From: a virus
Lineage: Duplodnaviria > Caudoviricetes
Direction: 5' to 3' (one strand)
Length of the DNA stretch: 32,008 bases
IMG/VR virus record: IMGVR_UViG_3300025389_000069
Span: 1 to 32,008 of that record
Program-made: the position numbers and the translations under genes
The notes under the pieces: generated by a model
Told to the model about the DNA's origin: nothing
What the model saw: the letters and a program-made list of their open reading frames with translations, nothing else
The model's database searches: none
Shown here: positions 24,601 through 32,008 of the stretch, in pieces
Numbering within the stretch: the first letter of the stretch is position 1
Layout: the number at the start of each line of letters is the position of its first letter

Positions 24601-27600
24601 TCTCTAACTGACGACTTAAAATATTCTGTTGTTCGTGTTTCCATGTTTTCCACCAGTCATCTACTTTTACACGCATCTCTTCAAGAGTCTTGGGGATACC
24701 GATGTTCTGTTTTTGCTGCTCAGCGTTTGCCCGTTGCTTTATAATATTTTCTGCACGAGTTTTACGCTCTTCAGGCGTCATATTCTCAAATGGATCTCTT
24801 TCATAAGGAGCCTTATGCCGAGTTTGATATTGAGGTGCTAATGACCCAGCTTCCTCATCTCCGCCGCTACCAACCCCGGTTTCACCCCGTTGTCTAACAT
24901 CGCCACTGCTTGCGACAGCAGATGGGAGTATTCGTTCCCCGGCTCTGACTGCTCCGCTGCTCTGGATGTTGCCTTGAGATACCCCTTCATTGCTAGCGAC
25001 GGGCTGGATTCGTTCCTCGCTGTCTTGAAGACGCTTTCTATTAGGGGAGATACTTTCATGTTCATATATTCTTTTACCTTCTGCCATTATATCTGCGTTA
25101 TCGCGTACGATTTTAAGTACTGCGTTTTTAATAGCTCTATATTCAGACTCTTTATTAGCCTGTAGTTTATATTCAATTTTTTGCATCTCGGCTGGAAAAG
25201 ATGCATTATGACTGCGCACTTTATGGTGTGCCATCTCATGTACCATAGTACCCACAAAGCCGTATGCGGCTTCAATAGGATTAGATGATTCTGGAATAAG
25301 TGGATTTAAAAAAGACGCACTAAACGGTACGCGGATAGATACGCCACGATATTCTTTATCAATCGATATACCAACACCTTCTTTTAAAAGATCTGAATAG
25401 CCCATTACTTCCGAAATAAGATTTCGTAATTTTATAAAATTGCTACCAAGTCCATAAATATATTTGTTGTATCGATCCCCAAACTTCTGCCGCATATAGT
25501 CACTGACTTCCATCGTACCTTCAGGAGTATCAATGGATAAATTGTCATGCACCATTACTTTATTTGGATTAATATCTTCTTGTGGGACTGTTAACGAATC
25601 ACTCTTAGGAACATCAGCAGCTAGATCTTCGGGAGTAAGTTCTGGAGTTTCTTTACCATCTACGTAAATGATTCCATTTTTTACTTCTACATTTGATCCC
25701 GCACTTATAGCATCAAATTTAGATTTGGGAGGTGCAATTTTTGGTTCGATTTTTTCTAAATTCCCCAACTTACCTATTAGATTAAAGTATCGGATGCCTC
25801 CAAAATTACTAGATTCTTCACTAAGACTTTTATAAGAATATTGCTTGTGTAGATAGTTAATAACTTTATCTAAATCGTTTTTAGCTTCTGGAGTCAAAGC
25901 TTTACGATTGAATGTAAAAGGATATCCAGCTTTTCCGGGCTTGACGTTTGGACGGATGTCTACATAAAAATTATAGGGAATTGCGTCCCCAAACATTTCT
26001 AATGGGTTTTTCTGTAATTTAGAATCAAATTGGTACAGCCCATTTGACAAATAGGTAATATTATTCGCATACCTACTCATATCCGGGTCACTTTTATTGC
26101 TTACATAAATTCTAGCGTTCCCCCAAGGATATTTTATATTCGCAAATTGTTGGTAGTCATTAACCGGAAATGTGGAACCGATTCCTTCAATTGGACGGTT
26201 ATTATGAATTACATCTATGTTTGCAAATAAAGGACTTCTAGTAATAGTAGTTGGGGTCGACCAATCATAAGGAAAATATATGTCTTTAGTTTCCCCAGTT
26301 GAAGAAACAACGTAACTTTCCGGAACGGTTATACGTACATGTGTGCCATGTCCTTCAGGAAATCTAATTAGATCTTCCGGAGTTGGACTACGGATGGATA
26401 TAGAAATAGGTGGCTGATCGCTTTTAGAGCTTAACGAACGCATAAGTTCGTCACCAGTAGTATTAAGCTCAGATACTTTGCCGTCTCGCATGGTAGTAAC
26501 ATGTATATCTTTATTTGCATAAAGAGTAAGCATCTTGGCGATACCAAAACCACCAGACGCAATATCACTTTCTTTTTGAGTCCCGGCAATTTCCAAAAAT
26601 TTTGTAGCCAAGGTATCAGGAGACATTCCAGATCCGTCATCAATGATAGATATGGTTCTGTTAGGTTGATCAGTTAAAAGTTGTATTCTACCTTTATCAA
26701 AAGACTTGTTATCTAACAAAGGCTTGATTGCGTCAAAAGAGTTCTGCATCAATTCTTTGATTGTTATAGAAGCTTGTTCCGACTGATCTCCATATAATTG
26801 AGGGCCAAGCATTTTAGCCATACGCTCAATATCCATGCCCGGTTGAGCAGCGATAGTTTCGCCAATGATTCCGGGTTTGGCGTCGTCAATAGCTTTAGAT
26901 ACCGCGTCAGTTGATGTGCCACCATTTATAACTAGATTATCAGCGGCATTAGATACGGCATTTACAAATGGAATTCTAGGACTAGTTAATATGTTCTCAA
27001 CTTCATCTGTTAATGCAAGACGCTTTCCTTGCGTTCCTTCATCAGGTGTTCCAACAAGTTGCCCAGTATCACCCAATCTTGCAGTTTCAATTCCAGTAAC
27101 TCCGGCTCTTCCGGACTCACTTGGTAGTACAGACACTCCAACGCTTTTTGGAGGTGATCCTCCGACAGTTCCAACACTTGGTTGCTCATTTGGGGGAATC
27201 TCCGGGTTCTTTATACCGAGTAAATCATTTAATTCTGCATCCATATTCCTTGATGGATTGCGTGGTGGGGTAGGTTGTAAAGGAGGTACAGCAGCTTCTG
27301 GCCCACCAAGTTCTGGTGGAGTTGGTCTTGATGAAGCTACTCCCAAGTCTAAAGGTTCTACATTGGGGTTTGGTAAGGCAGGGCGCGGTGTTGGCGCACT
27401 AGGAGCATTAGGTGCACCCGGTGCCCCCCGTCCCCAGTTATATGTAGTTGCTTCACCTAATGCAGTGGGGTTCATTTGCGCCGCACCGACAACGGCTTGC
27501 GCGATAGCTGGGCCTACCTGAACCTTCTTCCAATCGCCACCATTTTCATATAATTGTGAACCTATATTTAATCCAGCTTGAATCCCTGCATTTACGCCGT

Positions 27601-28294
27601 AATAGCCAAGATCAGATAGTTTAGATATAGACCCCGGGCTAGCAAAAGCAAAACCCGGTAATGCACCAGCAACTGCCTCACCATATGGATCAGCAGCACG
27701 TTCTTTTTCACGTTGCGTTTTCTCAAGTCCAAATAACTCAGCAGCTCCCGGAAACTTTTCAAGGAGAGCTTCTTGCCCCTTTTGTAACGCCATCCCTGTA
27801 GGCACCGCAGCCGCTAGACCCGTTACAACAGGAATTCCTACTGACAGTCCTTTGGCAATCATACCGGGATACCCGGGCATTCGACTGGCAACCTGCGCAG
27901 CTTCCTCTACATAAGGCATTACGCCCCTAACAGCAGAAGATCCTGCCGCCATCGCACCAGCAGTTGGAACGATACTTTCTTCCGCCGCATGAACACGCCC
28001 AGCTTGCATTTCGGGAGTAGCGATCTTGCTTTTAACTGCATCAACAAGTGGCGCAGCTAATATCCCTTGCGTAAGAGCAGATGAGGTTTTTAACGCATTA
28101 ATTATATCTTCTGGCGCGGACTTTATATTTTCCCAAATTTTGTTAGTAGTTTGCTCTCGGGCAGGGGGAGATGGCGATGCTAAAAACGCATCGGGGTCGA
28201 ACTTAGTAGGGGCATTCGGGATGGTTTCGCTCAAATGCGCGTTAGGATCAAACCCCGAATCTGCTTTTAAAAACGCATCAGGGTCAAATGCCAT
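21620..28294 (-). CDS. Large polyvalent internal virion/ejection protein with GHKL ATPase and HExxH metallopeptidase motifs
   Basis: 2224 aa. IKELMQNSFDA (~aa 514), IIDDGSGM and SGGFGIA Bergerat-fold motifs; VHEMAHHKVRSH (~aa 1019); helical LPD38-like C-terminus; last gene of the structural arm. Confidence 0.75.
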   Translation of the reverse strand: MAFDPDAFLKADSGFDPNAHLSETIPNAPTKFDPDAFLASPSPPAREQTTNKIWENIKSAPEDIINALKTSSALTQGILAAPLVDAVKSKIATPEMQAGRVHAAEESIVPTAGAMAAGSSAVRGVMPYVEEAAQVASRMPGYPGMIAKGLSVGIPVVTGLAAAVPTGMALQKGQEALLEKFPGAAELFGLEKTQREKERAADPYGEAVAGALPGFAFASPGSISKLSDLGYYGVNAGIQAGLNIGSQLYENGGDWKKVQVGPAIAQAVVGAAQMNPTALGEATTYNWGRGAPGAPNAPSAPTPRPALPNPNVEPLDLGVASSRPTPPELGGPEAAVPPLQPTPPRNPSRNMDAELNDLLGIKNPEIPPNEQPSVGTVGGSPPKSVGVSVLPSESGRAGVTGIETARLGDTGQLVGTPDEGTQGKRLALTDEVENILTSPRIPFVNAVSNAADNLVINGGTSTDAVSKAIDDAKPGIIGETIAAQPGMDIERMAKMLGPQLYGDQSEQASITIKELMQNSFDAIKPLLDNKSFDKGRIQLLTDQPNRTISIIDDGSGMSPDTLATKFLEIAGTQKESDIASGGFGIAKMLTLYANKDIHVTTMRDGKVSELNTTGDELMRSLSSKSDQPPISISIRSPTPEDLIRFPEGHGTHVRITVPESYVVSSTGETKDIYFPYDWSTPTTITRSPLFANIDVIHNNRPIEGIGSTFPVNDYQQFANIKYPWGNARIYVSNKSDPDMSRYANNITYLSNGLYQFDSKLQKNPLEMFGDAIPYNFYVDIRPNVKPGKAGYPFTFNRKALTPEAKNDLDKVINYLHKQYSYKSLSEESSNFGGIRYFNLIGKLGNLEKIEPKIAPPKSKFDAISAGSNVEVKNGIIYVDGKETPELTPEDLAADVPKSDSLTVPQEDINPNKVMVHDNLSIDTPEGTMEVSDYMRQKFGDRYNKYIYGLGSNFIKLRNLISEVMGYSDLLKEGVGISIDKEYRGVSIRVPFSASFLNPLIPESSNPIEAAYGFVGTMVHEMAHHKVRSHNASFPAEMQKIEYKLQANKESEYRAIKNAVLKIVRDNADIMAEGKRIYEHESISPNRKRLQDSEERIQPVASNEGVSQGNIQSSGAVRAGERILPSAVASSGDVRQRGETGVGSGGDEEAGSLAPQYQTRHKAPYERDPFENMTPEERKTRAENIIKQRANAEQQKQNIGIPKTLEEMRVKVDDWWKTWKHEQQNILSRQLEIENNLDLRDKLVVSGPKANNVYMRMSSADARFEYYGKIIDGFVNRIFSAMGDYAKLKGFKPQEASSAISSYLTALDAYGWRRQELFNRYRPLSERVVPDAKGSKSGLSPAELRRNLYDLANKTAGDLTIPKEQRIAKLKTIKDHISEIVNDDRNVDEKGHSYLPNRGEDAYGNPARIPANFANPIYHPAAGLDPYTTREFINLMEADLAHPIIGPALKKVLDLYKSLVKQKIRYEKIAGNWHEHLDDITKGLYGADNYAPMKSPRGDVDPTDLEGTRNLGDVAGLTKGMEGGRHMTENVINQMIYDTYRAAAKASKEGVTLAVKNLIDNGELAGAHIATIPAADRFLNPDIYEQYPEAKIGGTISHINKNGDTDIYRVDDQRFLDGLRRPNIEMNAALRAIGWVTNKIASQLTRFRLAFAPFVTTSHILGNILVLPAQYNNQISRSAYTSQVITNLFSGNGFKSYQAANLYNQNRLSELKAWAAKDPWIKDCLEWMQGGGPAAHAHILYPTMAPQRLKDITSGNIAKKSLAAIDMLFDNWNRSFDNISRVTAYSLVKRIELDKGRSPLEARQIAVKVAKDLSNFNLRGKDPTMRTLYAFWGPASTTLQITVDNLIRPALMSDAAIEKAIDEVLPEEDLANEEKRDEIGHKYRFLRSLTRGLIKAAIGSGFVLYAMNYLYCEMSPWGKDSQGRNFLVSDDKSRSIRGMRIPLPNGQIFQPPFGFFQRTFIAPGYQTCALLMGHQSFKQYVSNMGRVAAESSPTQMSSKSPLKNFFGFLLDTIAPTSTKLIVDLAMNSDSMGHPIYNTIAGKLSDAYSGGQSIPELYKEMADYAYRHLNMNLSPNALYSTATNLFDGIAEFAGMGNDLRLALEGEKNISPKIFLGSFVGTKSDMDAQDYTAVSDKIIDMRQHLAHPDKAFVAEWISKNPLAPSAVATYNSGLGNIKKLQQEATSIRTNPYFTPQIKKELLDINRDQLDVSKRIIVDKLHNYGIDP

Positions 28295-30069
28295 TACGAA
28301 ACTCCCAAATCTCTCTGCGCTTTCGCTTTAATAGCCGGTGCCCGGGGGTCATTTGGATGGGCATTCGCCCAGTCTAGCGCTTGTTGAGCTTGTTCGCTAG
28401 TCCCACTAGGAGCTGCCGTACTAGAATCTTCTAAAGCTGATTTACCCATTCTAGCAAGTTCAGCTTTTCTAGTATTAATCAATGCCTCTGTATTCGCTCT
28501 CATAGAATCTATTACAGCATTACCTGTTGAAGGTGGCAACGATGCTAACATTTGTTCTTCTTGGGCAATCTGCTTACTGTTCATCTGAGCTATTGTAAGC
28601 TTAACTCTGTTGTTCTGAGCAGCAATTGCAGTTGACGCTTCTGCACGCGTTCTAGCAGCCACTACTGATGGAGTAGATGACGATGCCCCTTGTGCTGACT
28701 CACTAACCCTTTTAATTGCTTCATCATACGCTGCTAAACCATTAAGATCCGTTGGGTGTTCGGCAGCATATGCAGCACGTTGTTTTTCTAGTTCAAGTAT
28801 AGCTGGGGAATACGCAAATGCAGGATTACGTCCATAAATCCCAGCCATGAGGCTTGCATTCTTGTCAACTGCGTATCTAGCACCAAACGCATCGGCTGCT
28901 TTTTGTTCAGCATTAACAAGGTCATCCACACGTTTAATTGACGTATTATGTTGGTCAACTGCGTTCTTGTACGCAGTATCGCCCTTATCAAGTATACCCA
29001 TCTTGTTTTTATATATTGCATCTTCAAGTGCATATGCTGTTTGAGCCACGCCTTGTTGTGCATCCATAATCGCTTTATCAGCCGCAGTCTTATATACAGC
29101 TTGCGCACCTGCACCAACAGTAAACATTCTCAATGCATTTTGTAAACCCGACATAGGTAACCGATGCTCATAAGCATCTTGTAATTGGGCCTGACCAGCA
29201 GCTATATAAGATTGCCCTAATGTTTTATTTTTTTGCTCTTCCCAGTAATCCCCTGCTTTAGTCAAACTTAGCAGACGCTCTGATTCAGCATTATTCATAC
29301 CAGCCGCATTCGCTCTGTCTAAAAATTCTTGTTCATACTCTTCACGAGTTTTAGGCTTATCTGCTTCTTGAGAAGCTTTTGCTGTAACTAATTGAGCTTG
29401 CACATCTCTAGCAGCTTGATCCATTAATTTCGTTCCCCGTTCTTGCATAGCGCTAGACATGCCAGCACCATCACCGGGATAAGACACGTTACTTAACGCG
29501 CCACTCATTAGTTTGCCAACCATAGCAGGATCGGCTTGAGGGGCAACAGGGGTAACAGGAACATTTTCTTTTCTAGGTGGTTCTTTTGTACCTTCTTCCG
29601 TATATAATTTACCAAATCTTGATAATAAATTCGAGTTATCATCCGATTGATAACCCTGTGGGAATGTAGCTGGATCAGCGGCGTTAGGATCATTTGCTTT
29701 AACTGTGTCACCTCCTGCAAATGCGACAATGCCACCGGCTTTGAAACCTTGTCCAAATAGAGGTTGGCTAACTCCCGCGATACCAGTGTCTTGTTGATTA
29801 TTCCGTGCCATTGCCTGTTGCAACTTGGCATCAGTATCTTGTGCCACATTGTCCGGGCTTGGTGGTTGGCTTGGTTGCCCACGCAACATCTCGCGTAATA
29901 AGTTTGCTTTCATGATCAACATAGCTGTCTGCGGCGTTACACCGGGAGTCTGCATTAACGTTGCTAATTGTTGTTCGGGCGGAATACCTGCAAGTCTATC
30001 CGCTGCACGAATATAACCGGGATTAAGCGCGGCGAGTCCGCTAATATCATTAGGAACTATCTGTGTCAT
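28294..30069 (-). CDS. Putative internal virion/DNA ejection protein
   Basis: Ala/Gln-rich helical protein with FKAGGIVAFAGG; TAATG-coupled to the giant gene. Confidence 0.6.
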   Translation of the reverse strand: MTQIVPNDISGLAALNPGYIRAADRLAGIPPEQQLATLMQTPGVTPQTAMLIMKANLLREMLRGQPSQPPSPDNVAQDTDAKLQQAMARNNQQDTGIAGVSQPLFGQGFKAGGIVAFAGGDTVKANDPNAADPATFPQGYQSDDNSNLLSRFGKLYTEEGTKEPPRKENVPVTPVAPQADPAMVGKLMSGALSNVSYPGDGAGMSSAMQERGTKLMDQAARDVQAQLVTAKASQEADKPKTREEYEQEFLDRANAAGMNNAESERLLSLTKAGDYWEEQKNKTLGQSYIAAGQAQLQDAYEHRLPMSGLQNALRMFTVGAGAQAVYKTAADKAIMDAQQGVAQTAYALEDAIYKNKMGILDKGDTAYKNAVDQHNTSIKRVDDLVNAEQKAADAFGARYAVDKNASLMAGIYGRNPAFAYSPAILELEKQRAAYAAEHPTDLNGLAAYDEAIKRVSESAQGASSSTPSVVAARTRAEASTAIAAQNNRVKLTIAQMNSKQIAQEEQMLASLPPSTGNAVIDSMRANTEALINTRKAELARMGKSALEDSSTAAPSGTSEQAQQALDWANAHPNDPRAPAIKAKAQRDLGVS

Positions 30070-30078
30070 ATTATTATC

Positions 30079-31158
30079 CTAGGGATTACCAAATAGATTC
30101 TGATACAGACCTAATCCAGTCGTAGCCGCTGCACCTGCCAATTGCCCAGTACTCGGAGTTACGCCATACGCGGACTGCGTATATTGTCCGCCTAACGAGG
30201 CAGGTGACACGCCATGTAAAATGCCAGATACATATGAAAGCATCGCTGGCTCGTAATTCATCGAATTCTGATAGTTTTGATACTGGGTATTATATAGATC
30301 CTGCATCAGTTTTTGTTGCTGCGCACCAAGTCCAGCCTGAGCCTGAATAATGCCCGCTTGTTGGCCATAAGCTTGTTGACCTAACTGACCTTCTTGTGCA
30401 CTAGCACCTAGCAACTGTTGGTTACCCTGTAAGGCAAAGTTAACTGCGTTCTGAGCTTGCTGCGCATTAAGCTGTTGACCAGATAGACCATATTGCGCCA
30501 AGTTCTGCGCTTCTTGTAACTTAGCCTGTTGGTTAGCCATCTGCGCTTGCATATTAGCCGCGTTAGATACGTTGAACTGTTGTTGAGCGTTCTGGTACGC
30601 ATTGGCCACGTTACCTGCTAAAGTCTGTTGTAGACCTTGCTGAGCCATCGCTGCTGCCAATGCTTCACGAGATCCACCCAGTCCACCTACCGCAGACGCA
30701 GCTGAACCTAGTTGAGGCAGTGAGTTAGCGTAATTCTGGATAGCCGCATTCTGTGTCGTCTGCAAATACGGGGTCATGTATTGATTAACATTCTGCCCCG
30801 TGTAAGTCTGTGACGTAATGTTTTGCGCGTTCGGCGATGTATATTGGTTACCAGCCTCAAATGGTTTGTAACTACCCGCGATAATACCGGCATTAGAACC
30901 TGCCGCACCCGCCATACCCGCTGCTTGATTAATAAGCGGAGATACAGTCATCCCCTGAACAGCGTCCTGCGCTTGTTTCTGGAGTGGACTAAACCCAGCA
31001 ATCTGCGTACCTCCTAAACCTTGTCCTTGGAATGGGACATAGTTAGGATTATTTGCCATATAACTCATGGCATCGCCGACTAGCGTCTCTGCTTGTGGCT
31101 GTAAGTAACTAGGTACGTTACTAGTGGTTATTTCTTGTGTAGTAGGTGAACTTGCCAT
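30079..31158 (-). CDS. Putative DNA transfer/pilot (ejection) protein
   Basis: Q/A/G/N-rich; IAGFSPLQ, QYMTPY and GGLGGSRE motifs; Gly/Ala hydrophobic C-terminus. Confidence 0.6.
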   Translation of the reverse strand: MASSPTTQEITTSNVPSYLQPQAETLVGDAMSYMANNPNYVPFQGQGLGGTQIAGFSPLQKQAQDAVQGMTVSPLINQAAGMAGAAGSNAGIIAGSYKPFEAGNQYTSPNAQNITSQTYTGQNVNQYMTPYLQTTQNAAIQNYANSLPQLGSAASAVGGLGGSREALAAAMAQQGLQQTLAGNVANAYQNAQQQFNVSNAANMQAQMANQQAKLQEAQNLAQYGLSGQQLNAQQAQNAVNFALQGNQQLLGASAQEGQLGQQAYGQQAGIIQAQAGLGAQQQKLMQDLYNTQYQNYQNSMNYEPAMLSYVSGILHGVSPASLGGQYTQSAYGVTPSTGQLAGAAATTGLGLYQNLFGNP

Positions 31159-31169
31159 TTTATTAATTC

Positions 31170-32008
31170 CTAGGCTGGGACAAACTTGTCAGGGTTTATC
31201 TGCTTTCCTTGATTAGGGTTACCAGTTCGCGCTTTACGAACTTTATCCATCATTTCATACAGTTTACGCGATCCGGCTTCGGTAGACCCGTTGCCCAAGT
31301 GGGAAACTACATCGGCAGGGATAACAAACTCCCCGTCAGCCAATGCAGCCCGTTGAGGTTTGTCGCCAGTAATAACAGCAGGGATAGAGTCAGACATGCC
31401 GTCCCCATCACCACGCAATAATTTACCACCGGCAGCGTAAGTATGTTCTACTTCACCAACACCTTCATGATGGATTGACCCGCCATGAGCATGGCCAGAT
31501 AGTATATCGCTGTTAACCCCCTCAACTTGAACTGATCCGCCCGGAGTAGGTTGAAATGAAGGCGGTTCCCATGAACCAGAAAATCCTGTAATCCCGCTCA
31601 TCATACCTTGGCTAGATAATCCACCTGTTCCAGAGAGCGAAGCATTCATTTTAGTTTGGTTAGCTTTATCTTGAGCAGCTTTATTTTTAAAATATTGATA
31701 CCCTTTTGCACCAAGAGCAGCTAGCCCATAATAAGGAACGGCAAGCCCAAGAGCAGCGTTAGCCCACGGATGGTCTTTACCCCACTGAGCGAAAGAACTA
31801 ATTCCAGAACCAGCAGCGTCTCCAATTGAACTAACAGTATCTCCAAACCCGCTACTACCAGTACTAGTGCTACCACCAGTATTACCTACCCCCGCACCGC
31901 CGCCACTTCCGGCACCGCCACTACCAGTACTAGTGCTACCACCAGTATTACCTACCCCCGCACCGCCGCCACTTCCGGCACCGCCACCGCCATATCCATT
32001 CCCACCAA
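31170..32008 (-). CDS. Putative virion protein, 5'-partial
   Basis: Frame stays open from 31649 to the window edge (Gly/Ser/Thr-rich). C-terminal GDGDGMSDSIPA...LADGEFVIPADVVSHLGNGSTEAG domain. Confidence 0.75.
   Translation of the reverse strand, partial: GGNGYGGGGAGSGGGAGVGNTGGSTSTGSGGAGSGGGAGVGNTGGSTSTGSSGFGDTVSSIGDAAGSGISSFAQWGKDHPWANAALGLAVPYYGLAALGAKGYQYFKNKAAQDKANQTKMNASLSGTGGLSSQGMMSGITGFSGSWEPPSFQPTPGGSVQVEGVNSDILSGHAHGGSIHHEGVGEVEHTYAAGGKLLRGDGDGMSDSIPAVITGDKPQRAALADGEFVIPADVVSHLGNGSTEAGSRKLYEMMDKVRKARTGNPNQGKQINPDKFVPA
31854..31985. repeat. Perfect 66-bp tandem duplication, in frame (2 x GGAGSGGGAGVGNTGGSTSTGS)
   Basis: 31854-31919 is identical to 31920-31985. Confidence 0.95.

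Noticed and set aside
26200-26830. Histidine kinase, gyrase B or stand-alone Hsp90 gene
   Set aside because: The GHKL motifs are embedded in a 2224-aa ORF with no recognisable HisKA, TOPRIM or Hsp90 C-terminal region.
21886-31421. Antisense and alternate-frame ORFs (e.g. 22605-23186 +, 26865-27521 +)
   Set aside because: They are shadows of long genes on the opposite strand or frame, with no RBS or recognisable motifs. The same applies to similar short ORFs throughout the window.

Overview
About 32 kb of a tailed dsDNA phage genome (podovirus-like layout; probable proteobacterial host, inferred only from IHF/DnaA consensus sites and gene families). The left end holds a minus-strand packaging module (putative terS, Zn-finger ORF, terL, partial ORF). 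A 1.6-kb non-coding control region (2875-4472) follows and is densely structured: two 36/37-bp direct repeats enclosing a four-way-junction RNA-like fold with an 11-bp pseudoknot, a G-quadruplex motif, TGTTCCAA iterons around an AT-rich tract with a consensus IHF site, ssDNA-type mini-hairpins, and a helically phased array of six perfect DnaA boxes. A plus-strand early/replication arm runs 4473-21623: DUF932-like protein, Cys-rich Gp88-like protein, many small ORFs, VRR-NUC, DUF3310, family A DNA polymerase, Cas4-like exonuclease, HNH, SNF2 helicase, putative SSB, HTH protein and primase-helicase. It carries three copies of an unexplained hairpin + ACTGGTATC..CAACAACGCGG motif. The right end is a convergent minus-strand block of putative internal virion/ejection proteins, including a 2224-aa protein with an embedded GHKL ATPase and an HExxH metalloprotease motif. 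No integrase, tRNA or CRISPR array was seen. All family names come from motif recognition, not database searches.
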